From positions 6,016,001 through 6,080,000 of the forward strand of contig OZ244207.1 of NCBI GenBank assembly GCA_965216875.1: DNA of 64,000 nt, read 5' to 3'. The number at the start of each line of letters is the position of its first letter. The first letter of the stretch is position 1. The DNA is from Rubripirellula sp. (lineage in GTDB: Bacteria; Planctomycetota; Planctomycetia; Pirellulales; Pirellulaceae). The position numbers were made by a program, and so were the translations under genes. The notes beneath the pieces are model-generated. The model made no database searches. It was given only the letters and a program-made list of their open reading frames with translations, and was not told the origin of the DNA. This document shows positions 20,100 to 30,869 of this stretch, in pieces.

Positions 20100-21464
20100 C
20101 TAAAGCTCGCTTGCCGCTTTCTCAACGACATCATCCCAGCAACCCAACTCTGCCTGACGCACCAACTTCATCGTTGGGTACCAGCGAGTTGAATCGCCTT
20201 CGGTCAACCACCGCCAATCGGGAACTCGGCCGAGCATCACAGTCACGTCGGCACCAACCGCTCCGGCCAAGTGCGCAATCGCCGTGTCGGTCGTGATCAC
20301 CCCATCAAGGTTTTTCAGGATCGCCGCGGTATCGGTAAACGCGCCGTCGGTCGCATCGACATGGTCCGGCAGTCGTACGATTTGGTCGGCAAAGTCGCAT
20401 TGATCAAATTGCTCGCTACCAAACCCAAATTGCAAGTTTACAAGCTGAACGCCCTCGATCTGCGACAACGGCCTGAGAGCTTCCAGCGGCATACTGCGAT
20501 AAACATCGGCATGATGCTCTGGATTGCCTTGCCAGTTGATTCCGATCCGTCGCCCTGAGGTGTTTGCTTCGAGCCACTTCTTCCAGTAATCGATCAACGG
20601 CTGAGAAACGGTCAGGTAACCCTCGCCACCTTGATGAAGCGTCTCGGCAAACGCAATCTCGTGATTGATTTGGTAGTGAACGTCAACCACTTCGACCATC
20701 GACGCATGAAAATCGACTTGCGGCACAGCAATCTCTTTCGACAGTAGCCGCGTCACGCCAGGTGCCGAGGAAAAGAGGGCGACCATTTCGGGTGCACACT
20801 GCAAATAGACCTCGGCGCCCTGCTCAGCCAAAACCGACGCGCTGCGCACGAACTGAATCGCATCCCCGCGTCCTTGTTCGGCGTAGAGCAGCACTTTCTT
20901 GCCCGCGACGGGCTCGCCTCGCCAAAGCGGTGCGTGGGTCTGTGGCCGATACATGCCTGGCATCGCCCATCGCCAGCGATATTCGTTCCAACCCCGGTCG
21001 TAGTCGCCAAGCAACAAATAGATCACACCGAGGTTGCGATGCAGTTCGGCGTTCTTTGGGTCGACCTTCAAACCTTCTTCGTACCACTGCAACCCGCGCT
21101 GCACTTCGCCCGCCCAGACCCACAGTGTTCCGCGGTTCTTCAGCGCCGACAGGTAACCTGGTTGTTGGGCGAGTGATGTTGCAAAACACTCCTCCGCCTC
21201 CTCGACTTCGCCCAGCATCCTCAGCGAGTTGCCGAGGTTGTTCCATGCGATCGGAAAGTCGCTGCGGATAGCGATCGCTTGACGGTAGGCGTCAACCGAT
21301 TGCTCGAACTCGCGTTGATCAAAGAGGGCGATGCCAAGATAGACCAAGGCGTCCGAGTCCTTTGGCGAGACGGCAAGGACGTTTCGGTACAGCTTCTCGG
21401 CAGCGGCGACGTCACCCGACTGATGCAGCGTCCATCCGCGTTGCAAGGTCTGTTGGTTGGACAT
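20100..21464 (-). CDS. TPR-repeat protein with a C-terminal GT9-like glycosyltransferase domain
   Basis: Multiple TPRs (AWNNLGNSL), EQGRGDAIQFVR, IGINWQGNP, TDTAIAHLAGA, DWRW..WYP. Confidence 0.9.
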   Translation of the reverse strand: MSNQQTLQRGWTLHQSGDVAAAEKLYRNVLAVSPKDSDALVYLGIALFDQREFEQSVDAYRQAIAIRSDFPIAWNNLGNSLRMLGEVEEAEECFATSLAQQPGYLSALKNRGTLWVWAGEVQRGLQWYEEGLKVDPKNAELHRNLGVIYLLLGDYDRGWNEYRWRWAMPGMYRPQTHAPLWRGEPVAGKKVLLYAEQGRGDAIQFVRSASVLAEQGAEVYLQCAPEMVALFSSAPGVTRLLSKEIAVPQVDFHASMVEVVDVHYQINHEIAFAETLHQGGEGYLTVSQPLIDYWKKWLEANTSGRRIGINWQGNPEHHADVYRSMPLEALRPLSQIEGVQLVNLQFGFGSEQFDQCDFADQIVRLPDHVDATDGAFTDTAAILKNLDGVITTDTAIAHLAGAVGADVTVMLGRVPDWRWLTEGDSTRWYPTMKLVRQAELGCWDDVVEKAASEL

Positions 21465-21491
21465 GTTGGCAGTGCATTCCCAAGTGCGCAC

Positions 21492-21532
21492 AAAAAAGCG
21501 GTGCCCTTCCCGAAAAAGGAGAAAGGCACCGC
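21492..21532 (-). terminator. Rho-independent terminator of the sigma factor gene
   Basis: Minus strand reads GCGGTGCCTTT...AGGGCACCGC followed by TTTTTT. Confidence 0.75.
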
Positions 21533-21560
21533 GATTGTGTCTTAATTGCTCGTTTGGTCG

Positions 21561-23120
21561 CTAGTCCAGGAAGCCGACCAAATCTTGGCTGCGGCTTGGT
21601 TGTTGCAACTTTCGAACGGCCTTGGCTTCGATTTGGCGAATACGCTCGCGAGTCACCTTAAAGATGTGACCAACCTCTTCGAGCGTGTAGCTGTAGCCAT
21701 CGCCAAGACCATAACGCAATTTGATGATCTCGCGTTCACGATACGAAAGCGACTTAAGCACGTTGCTGATTCGGTCGCGTAGCATCTCCTGAGTCGCACC
21801 GATCTGTGGGCTTTCGGCCGTGCCATCAGGAAGCAAGTCGCCGAACTGGCTGTCTTCGCTGTTACCGACAGGGCGATCGAGCGAAATCGGGAACCGGCTC
21901 ATCGTCAACACGCGACGTGCTTCCTCGACCGTCACGTCGGCGCGACGAGCAGTTTCTTCGATCGTGGGTTCGCGACCGAGCTCTTGCAGCAATTGACGAG
22001 CAACGTTGCGAACGCGGCTCATCGTTTCGACCATGTGAACCGGAATACGAATCGTTCGGCTTTGGTCAGCAACGGCGCGGGTGATCGCTTGGCGAATCCA
22101 CCAAGTCGCGTAGGTACAGAACTTGAAACCGCGGCGATATTCAAACTTGTCGACCGCACGCATCAAGCCGGCGTTGCCTTCTTGGATCAGGTCAAGGAAA
22201 GACAAACCGCGGTTGCGATACTTCTTGGCGATCGAAACGACCAATCGCAAGTTACCTTCGCTCAACTCACGTTTGGCTTGTTGGTATTCGGCGTAAACCG
22301 AATTGAGCATTTTGACGCGATTGCGAAGCGAGGTTGGCGTTTCTTGGCAAGCGGTCAAGATTTGGCGACGTTCGTGCAGCAGCTTCTCGCGAACTTCGCG
22401 ACCGTGCTTGGTGCGTTTTTGGTCGGCAATCAAACGATCGATTTCGGTCAATCGATTCGAGAACTTCTCGAGCAATTCGATGCGAGTTTCGATTCGCTGG
22501 GTACGCAAACCGAGTTCTTCGATCAAGCGAACGGCGCGACGACGGCGGCGGGCCAGAGCTCGCCATGCTTCCGCACGACGACGCTGCGATGCACTTTTGC
22601 TGAGAGCCACTTTCCAATCGTGACGATTGCGTTTGAGCAGCGTTTGCAGGGTTCGCAGGTTGTGTGGCAGACGACCGATGATTTGCTCTTTTTCCAAGCG
22701 GTCGGTCACGGAAACTTGCACGGTACGGTCAAACGGAAGCTGACCGCGATAGACCTTTTTGAGCGTCTTGTAGGCTTCGACGAGAACGTAATGGTTCTCG
22801 AGCAACTTGGTGCGGAAACGGCGACGCGTTTCTTCGATGCGTTTGGCCAGTTCGATTTCCTGGCGGCGGGTCAGCAAGGGGATCTCACCCATTTGCGTCA
22901 AGTACATCCGCACCGGGTCATCCGACCACGACTCACTCTCATCAACGGCCAGCAATTCGTCAGGGCTATCCAGTTGGACTTCGCCTTCGGCCTGTGCTGC
23001 AATCGCGACGGCAACATTGTTGTCTTCGTTGTCGTCGACGGGCAACTTTCGAAAGCCGCCAGTGACAGCTTCGGTACTTTGTGCGGCGACGGCTTCGAAT
23101 TCGTCCAATATATCGAACAA
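21561..23120 (-). CDS. RpoD/SigA-family sigma-70 factor
   Basis: [53 protein letters not shown]; no canonical region 1.1 recognisable. Confidence 0.95.
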   Translation of the reverse strand: MFDILDEFEAVAAQSTEAVTGGFRKLPVDDNEDNNVAVAIAAQAEGEVQLDSPDELLAVDESESWSDDPVRMYLTQMGEIPLLTRRQEIELAKRIEETRRRFRTKLLENHYVLVEAYKTLKKVYRGQLPFDRTVQVSVTDRLEKEQIIGRLPHNLRTLQTLLKRNRHDWKVALSKSASQRRRAEAWRALARRRRRAVRLIEELGLRTQRIETRIELLEKFSNRLTEIDRLIADQKRTKHGREVREKLLHERRQILTACQETPTSLRNRVKMLNSVYAEYQQAKRELSEGNLRLVVSIAKKYRNRGLSFLDLIQEGNAGLMRAVDKFEYRRGFKFCTYATWWIRQAITRAVADQSRTIRIPVHMVETMSRVRNVARQLLQELGREPTIEETARRADVTVEEARRVLTMSRFPISLDRPVGNSEDSQFGDLLPDGTAESPQIGATQEMLRDRISNVLKSLSYREREIIKLRYGLGDGYSYTLEEVGHIFKVTRERIRQIEAKAVRKLQQPSRSQDLVGFLD

Positions 23121-24305
23121 GAGAGGAACTCCTCGCGGAAGCGGTATGATTGCGTGGTGTAAGGGAGTGTTGACGTGCTTGGCAGCGAGTCCAATGGACC
23201 GATTGAATCCAAAATTCCGGGGCGACCTTGATTCTATTTGCGGCTGAACATCGGCCTGGCGGATCGCAGTGGGGCAGCGAAGGATCCGGCGTGAGGCACC
23301 AGGATGAAAGTAATCAAGGACGAGGCGGCGTTACGTTTGGTTCATTCGATTGGGGCTTGGCACGTGAGCATCAAACGGTGTTCAGCTTGGCTGTCAGTTA
23401 CAGCGAAGCATCGAGCGTGGTCAAAGGGAAAACAAAGTCAAACGAAAATATCAGGTTGGCAGTAAAAGTCTTGGTTCGTTTCGTATTCAAACGAGGCGCT
23501 TTTTGTTGAAACACAGCAAACGCCAGTTGGTTGTGGTATTCCCATTAGCAAAACACGTGACTGCTTGTCGCAGCGGTGATGACCTTTAGAAGGAGAGGGC
23601 TCGTGAACAGTTTTGCGAAAAAGCGAATCTGGTCGCGATTAACTCTACCACCCGTTATCTAATGCACCTTGTCACGTTCTGGAAATGGAAAAACTTTCTG
23701 TTTGGGGGAGTCGTTCGCAATGAGTCGTCACTGTCGAACAGAAAACCAACCACCAGACATACCGGTCGCACGTTTCTCTCAACTCAACCAAAAAACTCGC
23801 CCATGACTTTATGGAAGCAACTGCTGGAGAGTCGCGGGCGGAAGAGAAACGGGTCACGATCTACCGCTGCATCACTGCTAGCGCGGAAGTCAATTCCCCA
23901 GTTCCATCGATTGCGTCACCCAGACCTCTAAAAACCTGGTGCTCCAGCTGACTTATTCCAAGGTGTTGAACCAAGTTGTCAGCGATGACGTAATCGAAAA
24001 TGTTCCCCCCGGTCCGAAATCAATCTCAAGCCGTTGGCTTCGATGCCCTCCTGGCAGCACTCGGCGTTATCGACCACGCTAGATGTGACTCGATTCATTC
24101 GGATCACGTTGACGAACAAAACAGTTCGTTATTGTTGCCAGCTACCCTGTGGAGACCTCCAGGCCTTCGAGAACCGTCTTGTCGTTAGCTCTCTCAGCGG
24201 GCGCGGCATAAGTTGGGCGGTGGTGCCGTTTGCTGTCTAGGATTTTAGTCCCCACCAACGCCCGGTCCAGTCGTCTAAGCTTCAAATATTCTTCATTTAA
24301 GCATC

Positions 24306-24860
24306 ATGCATCTGCTCCCCTGCCCCTCCTGTGAATCGTCCATTGAGGTAGCCCCCTCCCAGGCGGGCAACCAAATAACTTGCCCATCCTGCGGCGCCTC
24401 CGTCCCGATCCCTAAACTCGGCCAGCTTCGCCAATTGCCCCGAGCTGAGCAGTCGGATCAGGTAAGGGACGCTGGTGCTGCTCGCGAAGCTGGGGGGGGC
24501 GGCGGATCGATAGCATTTGGGCTATTGGGATTGATTGCCACGGCAAGTTTATTGATCGCGGGATTCTGCGCCGTTCGCTGGGTGCTGATGGAGGTGCCTA
24601 CGGACACCGAATCGCACATCGCCGAGCTTCAAGCAGCCTACAAAGACCTCAAACCTGCCGAGTTGATTCGCGAATACGAGCAGATGGAAGAGTTCGGACT
24701 CGACATGCCGATGCCCTACAAATACCACACCGCACAGATGGAACGGGCGGTGTGGGGCCGCAATTCCCTGATCGCGGGCGGAGTGTTTTTAATCTCACTC
24801 GCCGCCGCCGTCATGCTCGGCATGACTCGCCCAAGAACTTCTGGCACGACGGACACTTAG
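24306..24860 (+). CDS. Zn-ribbon membrane protein
   Basis: CPSC..CPSC at the N-terminus plus two hydrophobic helices. Confidence 0.8.
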   Translation: MHLLPCPSCESSIEVAPSQAGNQITCPSCGASVPIPKLGQLRQLPRAEQSDQVRDAGAAREAGGGGGSIAFGLLGLIATASLLIAGFCAVRWVLMEVPTDTESHIAELQAAYKDLKPAELIREYEQMEEFGLDMPMPYKYHTAQMERAVWGRNSLIAGGVFLISLAAAVMLGMTRPRTSGTTDT

Positions 24861-24952
24861 GCAAAACGGAACCCAACGCTTGGGTGCGATGCGCCGTCGT
24901 GGCCAGTGAAATTTTGTCTGCTAGTTCAGGATGCCCAACCGAGCCTTTCCGA

Positions 24953-25741
24953 TCAGTCTTGCTTGCGTCTAAGCACGTAGACGACATCTTCGGTTGAATC
25001 GTCGACCGTGATCGGATCGCCAAGATCGTAGGCAAAGTCGTAGGTCGCGACCGATTCCCAGCACTTGCTCGACCGAATCAAACGGTTCATTTGTTTCGGT
25101 GTGTAACTGCGCAAAACAAGCTCGTCGACAATTCGAAAACTGCGCGACGGCGAATGCACGTCAAACCGAATACCAAATCGCTCGACGCGGTTTTCCACAT
25201 CGCGGTCATTGGTCCACATGTGCGTGCTAATCGACAGGTGACCACGTCGAGCCGACCAGGACTCGGTCTCACTCGGCGCAACCGCGGTTGGCGTCAGATG
25301 GACGCCAAGCAGGTACAACCCTCCTGGCCGCACCGCTTTGCCCATGCATTCAAGATGGCCCCGCGCAGCCGCCTCACTGGAGAGGTGACGAAAGCTATTG
25401 ATGGTGTTGAAAGCCACATCAAACTTGCGGCGGACTTTGAAGTCGGACATGTCATCGACAGTGGCTCGAAAGGGCATGCCATGACGTTCGAAGCGGGCGT
25501 TGCAGAATTCAACCGCCTTTGGATTCAGATCGAGACCACCAACTTGATATCCCTTGCGCGACAGTGCATAAAGCAATCGGCCCGTTCCGCAGGCTGGTTC
25601 GTAAAGCCACTTCGCTTTGCGACCTTCGAGGTATGCCTCTGCGCAGCCGAGGATGAATTTGACTTCTGCCGCACAGTCGGCTCCGAAGACCAAGTCGTAG
25701 TACTTGGGATGGTCGTAGATTGATTCGCTAATCGTTTCCAA
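24953..25741 (-). CDS. Class I SAM-dependent methyltransferase
   Basis: YEPACGTGR, GLDLN, FDVAF, VRPGG. Confidence 0.92.
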   Translation of the reverse strand: METISESIYDHPKYYDLVFGADCAAEVKFILGCAEAYLEGRKAKWLYEPACGTGRLLYALSRKGYQVGGLDLNPKAVEFCNARFERHGMPFRATVDDMSDFKVRRKFDVAFNTINSFRHLSSEAAARGHLECMGKAVRPGGLYLLGVHLTPTAVAPSETESWSARRGHLSISTHMWTNDRDVENRVERFGIRFDVHSPSRSFRIVDELVLRSYTPKQMNRLIRSSKCWESVATYDFAYDLGDPITVDDSTEDVVYVLRRKQD

Positions 25742-25809
25742 ATCACTTCCCTATCGAAAGTCATTGCCGGCAGTCGCTCGTGCGGGCAGCCCAAGATCCC
25801 GAGACGAAA

Positions 25810-26355
25810 CTAGCGGACCGGATCGAAACCAAGTGCGCGGCGAAGCATCCCGAGCTGTCCTGCATGAATGTGTTCGTGCAGCGGGCAAAACAGAACAGCG
25901 CCCAAGTTGACTGGGTAGGCGGCGTAGGGCATGTCGACCGGCCGGAGTAGAACTTCGGGTGTGACTTCGCAGAGTTGCTCCAGGCCGAGGCGGTGCACTT
26001 CGGACATCCGCTCGAGCAGCTCGGTGGGAGAAGGTTGTTTCGACGGATCGGCAGAGGGTGTCGATCCGCGACTGTAGGCCTTTCGGAACTTGCTGGGGAT
26101 GAGCTGCACATCCTCGGGAGTGCGGCCGCGGAGTCGGAAGAGGAGCAACCCGTACTGACTGACCGTCAGATGGCCGACTTGCCATGCGACGTTGGTAGGC
26201 AAGCTGTCGGGGATTGTGAACCACTGGTCGTGCGGCACCGATTCGATCAGCTCGAGGGTGTAGTTGCGAGCAAATTCGATTTGCCCAATCGCACCCTGGA
26301 GCATTTGGAGGGCAGCATCTTCATCGGGCAGCGCCCGTCCGTTTTCGTCACTCAT
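25810..26355 (-). CDS. DinB family protein
   Basis: WQVGHL and HEHIHAGQL metal-binding histidines; start taken at MSDEN. Confidence 0.88.
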   Translation of the reverse strand: MSDENGRALPDEDAALQMLQGAIGQIEFARNYTLELIESVPHDQWFTIPDSLPTNVAWQVGHLTVSQYGLLLFRLRGRTPEDVQLIPSKFRKAYSRGSTPSADPSKQPSPTELLERMSEVHRLGLEQLCEVTPEVLLRPVDMPYAAYPVNLGAVLFCPLHEHIHAGQLGMLRRALGFDPVR

Positions 26356-26384
26356 GCTAGCAAGCATAACGCCCCGCCCCCACA

Positions 26385-26694
26385 AGGGGACAGCCACCCA
26401 ACAATTGCCTGTCCCCGTCCAGGGGACAGGCACCCGATAGACACCTCACGCAGACAATCTGACTGTTAGCAATGCCTGTCCCCGTGTTTGAGGAAGAGTG
26501 GAACTCTAGCGAGCAAGAGAAAACAGGGGACACGCACCCAAGTTATGCCTGTCCCCTTGCGCCCCAAGCAATCACAGGGACAGCCACTTTGGAAAGACAA
26601 TCTGACTCGCAGTAGTGCCTGTCCCCATGTTCTGCGCGAGTCATGCCTGTCCCCTATAGGACGGCGCGGTGCAAGCAACTTATGCCTGTCCCCT
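26385..26694. repeat. Array of short inverted repeats GGGGACAG(G/C)CAC / TGCCTGTCCCC
   Basis: Six TGCCTGTCCCC copies and four (G)GGGACA.C.AC-type copies within ~310 bp; AGACAATCTGACT occurs twice. Confidence 0.9.
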
Positions 26695-26720
26695 GGCGCG
26701 AGGGAGGGTGACGGGGTTTG

Positions 26721-27152
26721 CTAGCCAGCTTTCTTGACTCGCTTCTTTCGCGTCGGCTTGGCGACGAGGCGGATTTCAGGGAAGACCGGACGGCCACCGT
26801 GAAAGGTTCGGCGACCATCGATACTGTGGTCAAAAACGAACGCTCCCCCTGGCATCCCCGAGCGTGGCGACACCCGCAAAATTGCGGGATGACCGCACTC
26901 GGTGCACTGGATTCGCAACCCGTGCCCGTCAAGCAACTGATGAATCGACTCAACCAGCTTCCGATTCTGCTCGATGTCCCCCATCGTCGTCCCGGTCAAT
27001 GACGCCAACTGCGCCTGAATCGTCAGCCGAACCGTGCGTTGCAGCCGATTGAGCTGCAATTCCAACTCCTTCAGCGTCACCGAGGCCTCGCCCTGAAGCC
27101 CGTCTGCCGGCAAATCGGCGTCCTTTCGCTCGTCTTTTGGCATCTGACTCAT
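26721..27152 (-). CDS. Hypothetical protein with a coiled coil, CxxC/His motifs and a basic tail
   Basis: MSQMPKDE...CTECGHPAILR..FVFDH..RTFHGG..KPTRKKRVKKAG; the N-terminal extension of the tracked ORF looks non-coding. Confidence 0.75.
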   Translation of the reverse strand: MSQMPKDERKDADLPADGLQGEASVTLKELELQLNRLQRTVRLTIQAQLASLTGTTMGDIEQNRKLVESIHQLLDGHGLRIQCTECGHPAILRVSPRSGMPGGAFVFDHSIDGRRTFHGGRPVFPEIRLVAKPTRKKRVKKAG

Positions 27153-27276
27153 AGAAAACGCTGAAAAAGCCCCAGGATAGTTGCCCCACCTGGCCAGGGA
27201 CCAAAGGTGTCGACCGTTACGAATAAAACCTAGACGACACGATTTGCCAAAAAGTGCCCGACATCTGTAGACGAGT

Positions 27277-27293
27277 TTATACAAATTGTATAA
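27277..27293. promoter_or_regulatory. Perfect 8-1-8 palindrome, putative operator
   Basis: TTATACAA-A-TTGTATAA in a divergent promoter region of otherwise GC-rich DNA. Confidence 0.6.
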
Positions 27294-27715
27294 CCTGTCC
27301 AGGACCGCTGCGAGGGAAACGGCATTCCCCCTCCAGAATCGGGGACAAAACGAGTCGCAGCTGCCACGCCTCTGTTGTCTTGCAGACCTCCGGCTCAAAC
27401 CCAATCCAACGTCTTTGCGGATCCGTGCAGAGACCAACTTGCCGCAACCAAGGTCTAACGCCAACAGAATCCCGACTTCAGGGGCGGAATCCCGATCTCT
27501 AAGACCTACGAGACCCGAAAAAGCCGCGAGTTGTGATGCAAAAAAGCAACACCCCGACCCAGGAAAAAACGCACTAGACGCCACAACCAATACGGCCAAC
27601 CAACCCAGGCCATGAATCTTGCCTTCCCGTCAAGGTCAACATGGCGGCAGATTCGCGGATTCACTACTGTCAAACCTTCCAAACCCGTTCATTTCCATAG
27701 GCATTCGAGCCACAC

Positions 27716-29794
27716 ATGTCGGTCAATCAACAAACCGTCGAGGAAACCAAAGCCCAGATCCGTGGGCTGGTGAATGAGATTGCGTCGCTTTCGAAAAGTG
27801 GTGCAACCGCGGAAGAGTTCTATCCCGAGCTTCTTTCGCGAGTCATCACTGCGCTTGCAGCCGCCGGTGGTGCCATCTGGCTTTTGGACGAAGATCGGCA
27901 ACTCAAGCTGCAGTACCAAATCAATGCCGAACCGTCGATCCTTGCTGATGACACTGACGATGCCGTTCGCCACACGCGGTTGATTCAACGCGTTGCCAAC
28001 AGCGGCCAGTCACTCTTGGTTCCTCCCTATTCGGGAACCACCGACGGCGACGCCGAAGGCAACCCAACTCGTTACCTCCTGTGCCTCGGCGCTCTCAAAC
28101 ACGACGGCCAAAACGATGGCCTGATCGAAATCTTCCAACGCCCCGACACCGCACCCGATACGCAACGTGGTTACCTGCGTTTCTTGCAACAGATGTGCGA
28201 ACTGGCGGCCGAATGGTTGCGCAGCCAAAAACTTCGCACGCTTGGCGATCGGCAAACGCTTTGGCAACAAGCCGACTCGTTCGCTCGCGCATCGCACGAA
28301 TCACTCGACCTGAAGGAAACGGCCTACATCGTCGCGAACGAAGGCCGACGATTGATCGGCTGTGACCGAGTCAGTGTCGCGATCAAGAAAGGTCGCAAAT
28401 GCAAAGTCCAAGCGATCAGTGGCCAAGACACGATCGAAAACCGCTCCAACATCGTCGCGGCACTCAACAACCTCTCAACGCGCGTTTGTGCCGCCGGCGA
28501 ACCTCTTTGGCATGACGGTTCCACTGAAGACTTGCCGCCGCAAATCGAAGAAGCGCTCGAAGACTACGTCGACCAGTCGTACGGGCGACACATTGCGGTG
28601 CTGCCACTTCGCGAACCCGAGCGAACGCTCGGTAAAGACGACGAACTGGGCGCTGCGGGTGCAATCGACCGCGACAATGCTCACCGCGGTGAAGTGATCG
28701 GTGCGTTGATTGTCGAACAGATCGAAACCGACATCCCTGCGGAAATCTTTCACGCGCGCTGCGACCTCGTTTATGAACATGGCACACGAGCGATCGCAAA
28801 CTCGCGTGCTCATACGAACCTGTTCCTGATGCCGATTTGGCGAGCACTGGGTCGAGCGACCTGGGTGCTTCGCGCTCGCACGCTTCCCAAAACACTCGCT
28901 GTCCTCGGATTGGTTCTGGCCGTCGTCCTTGGATTGGTCTTCATCAAAAAGGACTTCACACTCGAAGCTGAAGGCACGTTGACGCCGGTGGTTCGACACC
29001 AAGTCTTTGCCGGAATCGATGGTGAAGTGATCGATGTGTTGGTCGACCATGACGACGAAGTCAAACAAGGCCAAGTCTTGGTACGCATGCGGAACCCAGA
29101 CGTTGAACTGCAACTTCAGGACATCGAAGGTCAAATCCAAACGGTGCTTGCTGAAAAGGCCCGCGTCGAAGGCCAGCTGAGTTACCGCCGCGAACTCAAG
29201 CCGACCGAAGCTCGCGCGCTTGAAGCCGAACAGTACGAACTCGAAGTCAAGCACAAGACGCTGATTGAAAAGAAGCGTCTGCAAATCGAGCGTGCGAAAG
29301 AACTCGAAATTGTCAGCCCGATCGACGGTGTGGTCGTTTCGTGGGACGTCGACAAAATGCTTCGCAGTCGTCCGGTCACCACCGGGCAGGTCGTGCTCGA
29401 AGTCGCCGACCTCACCAAGCCGCTGTTCTTGGACCTCGAACTTCCTGAAAAGCGGGAAGGCCACCTCGACGAATTCATCGAACAACAAGGCTTGGATCAA
29501 GTTTCGCAAGATGGCGAAGAACCATCACTTGATGTCACTTACATCCTCGCCACCAACACCGATACCAACATGGACGCAACGCTGATGCTTAGCAGCATCT
29601 CGATGCGAGCCGAGCCTCATGATGAGCATGGAGCGATCATTCGCATGGAGGCCATCCCTGATCAGGAAAGCCTGCGTGAATTGAATCCCCGCCCGGGAGC
29701 CAAAGTGACTGCAAAGATTCACTGCGGCCGCCGATCGAGCGGATTCGTTTTCCTTCACGAAGTGATCGAGTGGTGCTACGCGTTCTTCTTCTAA
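27716..29794 (+). CDS. GAF-domain + HlyD-family membrane fusion protein
   Basis: Two GAF-like segments (AAGGAIWLL..GLIEIF; LIGCDRVSVA..IGALIVE), TM helix, lipoyl-like AGIDGEVIDVLV / SPIDGVVV halves around a coiled coil. Confidence 0.88.
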   Translation: MSVNQQTVEETKAQIRGLVNEIASLSKSGATAEEFYPELLSRVITALAAAGGAIWLLDEDRQLKLQYQINAEPSILADDTDDAVRHTRLIQRVANSGQSLLVPPYSGTTDGDAEGNPTRYLLCLGALKHDGQNDGLIEIFQRPDTAPDTQRGYLRFLQQMCELAAEWLRSQKLRTLGDRQTLWQQADSFARASHESLDLKETAYIVANEGRRLIGCDRVSVAIKKGRKCKVQAISGQDTIENRSNIVAALNNLSTRVCAAGEPLWHDGSTEDLPPQIEEALEDYVDQSYGRHIAVLPLREPERTLGKDDELGAAGAIDRDNAHRGEVIGALIVEQIETDIPAEIFHARCDLVYEHGTRAIANSRAHTNLFLMPIWRALGRATWVLRARTLPKTLAVLGLVLAVVLGLVFIKKDFTLEAEGTLTPVVRHQVFAGIDGEVIDVLVDHDDEVKQGQVLVRMRNPDVELQLQDIEGQIQTVLAEKARVEGQLSYRRELKPTEARALEAEQYELEVKHKTLIEKKRLQIERAKELEIVSPIDGVVVSWDVDKMLRSRPVTTGQVVLEVADLTKPLFLDLELPEKREGHLDEFIEQQGLDQVSQDGEEPSLDVTYILATNTDTNMDATLMLSSISMRAEPHDEHGAIIRMEAIPDQESLRELNPRPGAKVTAKIHCGRRSSGFVFLHEVIEWCYAFFF

Positions 29795-29876
29795 CAGCCG
29801 CGAAGAAGCGAACAACGCCACAAACCTAGTCTTTTCTCAATCGAGCCAACGTTTCTTTATCCGGAGTACACCCCTT

Positions 29877-30773
29877 ATGCGTACGTCTTTGCTGTCGCTT
29901 TCAGCGAGCTTGGTGATGGTCGCAACCGCAATGGCTCAACAGCCAATTTCGCCCGGTGTGAACGAAATCCGCGCAGAAAACTGCATGGTGCAGTACATCA
30001 ACAAAGTTGAAATCCCTGCACGGGCCGAAGGCACGCTGACGGCCCTCCACTTCGAAGAAGGTGCAACGGTCAATGTCGGCGATGTGCTCGCGGTCATTGA
30101 CGACACGGCAGCTCGCCTGGCGCTCAAGCTCAAGAAGGCTGAAGAGAAGGAAGCGATCCTGAATGCGGCCAATGAGGTCTACATCAAAGACGCGATCAAC
30201 ACCGAAGAGCTGACCAGCGAAGAGGCCAAGGCCTACGAAGAACTTCACGTTCAACGAGCCGTCCCACGCTGGGAAATGGAAAAGAAACGACTCGAGGCCG
30301 TTCGTGCAAAGCTCAAGATCGATGTCGCGAAGATGAACAAGAGCATTGCCGAAGCGCAAATGCACGCGAAATTCGCTGAAATGCAAATCGCTGAGTACGA
30401 ACTGACTCGACGACAAGTCACCGCGCCCTCGACCGGCTTCATCGAAAACCGAATCGCTCAGCTTGGCCAATGGGTGCAACAAGGCAGTCCGATCGCGACG
30501 CTGATTCAAATGGACAAACTGCGTGTCGAAGGTGACATCGACGCGCTGCGTTACGCAGGCCAAGTGCAACCTGGCACACCTGTGAAAGTGATGATCTACA
30601 GTCAAGCAAGCGACGTGCTTTCCTTCGATGCCAAGCTCGGCTTTGTCAGCATGGAAATCGACCTGCGAAATCGTCATCGCGTCTGGGTCGAAGTCGAGAA
30701 CAAAAAGATCGGCAACGAATGGATGATCAAACCTGGCATGCGTGCCGAAATCGTCATCCAAGTCCAACCGTAG
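29877..30773 (+). CDS. HlyD-family periplasmic adaptor with a signal peptide
   Basis: Signal AMA-QQ, IPARAEGTL..EEG, APSTGFI..GQWVQQG, IKPGMRA. Confidence 0.9.
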   Translation: MRTSLLSLSASLVMVATAMAQQPISPGVNEIRAENCMVQYINKVEIPARAEGTLTALHFEEGATVNVGDVLAVIDDTAARLALKLKKAEEKEAILNAANEVYIKDAINTEELTSEEAKAYEELHVQRAVPRWEMEKKRLEAVRAKLKIDVAKMNKSIAEAQMHAKFAEMQIAEYELTRRQVTAPSTGFIENRIAQLGQWVQQGSPIATLIQMDKLRVEGDIDALRYAGQVQPGTPVKVMIYSQASDVLSFDAKLGFVSMEIDLRNRHRVWVEVENKKIGNEWMIKPGMRAEIVIQVQP

Positions 30774-30869
30774 CCGATCGTTTTTCAGTTCGAGGGGAAC
30801 CAGCCCTCGACACACGTATATCTAAGACCAAAACCCGCTTCCTTTTCCTGACTCCACTGCCCTTCTCCG

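Noticed and set aside
21984..23162. 392-aa plus-strand ORF
   Set aside because: Antisense shadow of the sigma factor gene; expected from codon bias and has no protein motifs
23985..24015. Minus-strand GGGGGGAACATTTTCGA as a tmRNA 5' end near smpB
   Set aside because: No matching T-arm/acceptor 3' end (GTTC..CCACCA) at the expected distance
26385..26694. Possible CRISPR array
   Set aside because: Repeats are only 11-13 bp, in mixed orientation, irregularly spaced, and there are no cas genes
27153..27599. N-terminal extension of the 292-aa ORF 26721-27599
   Set aside because: Composition is not protein-like and it spans the promoter palindrome; the real start is more likely 27152
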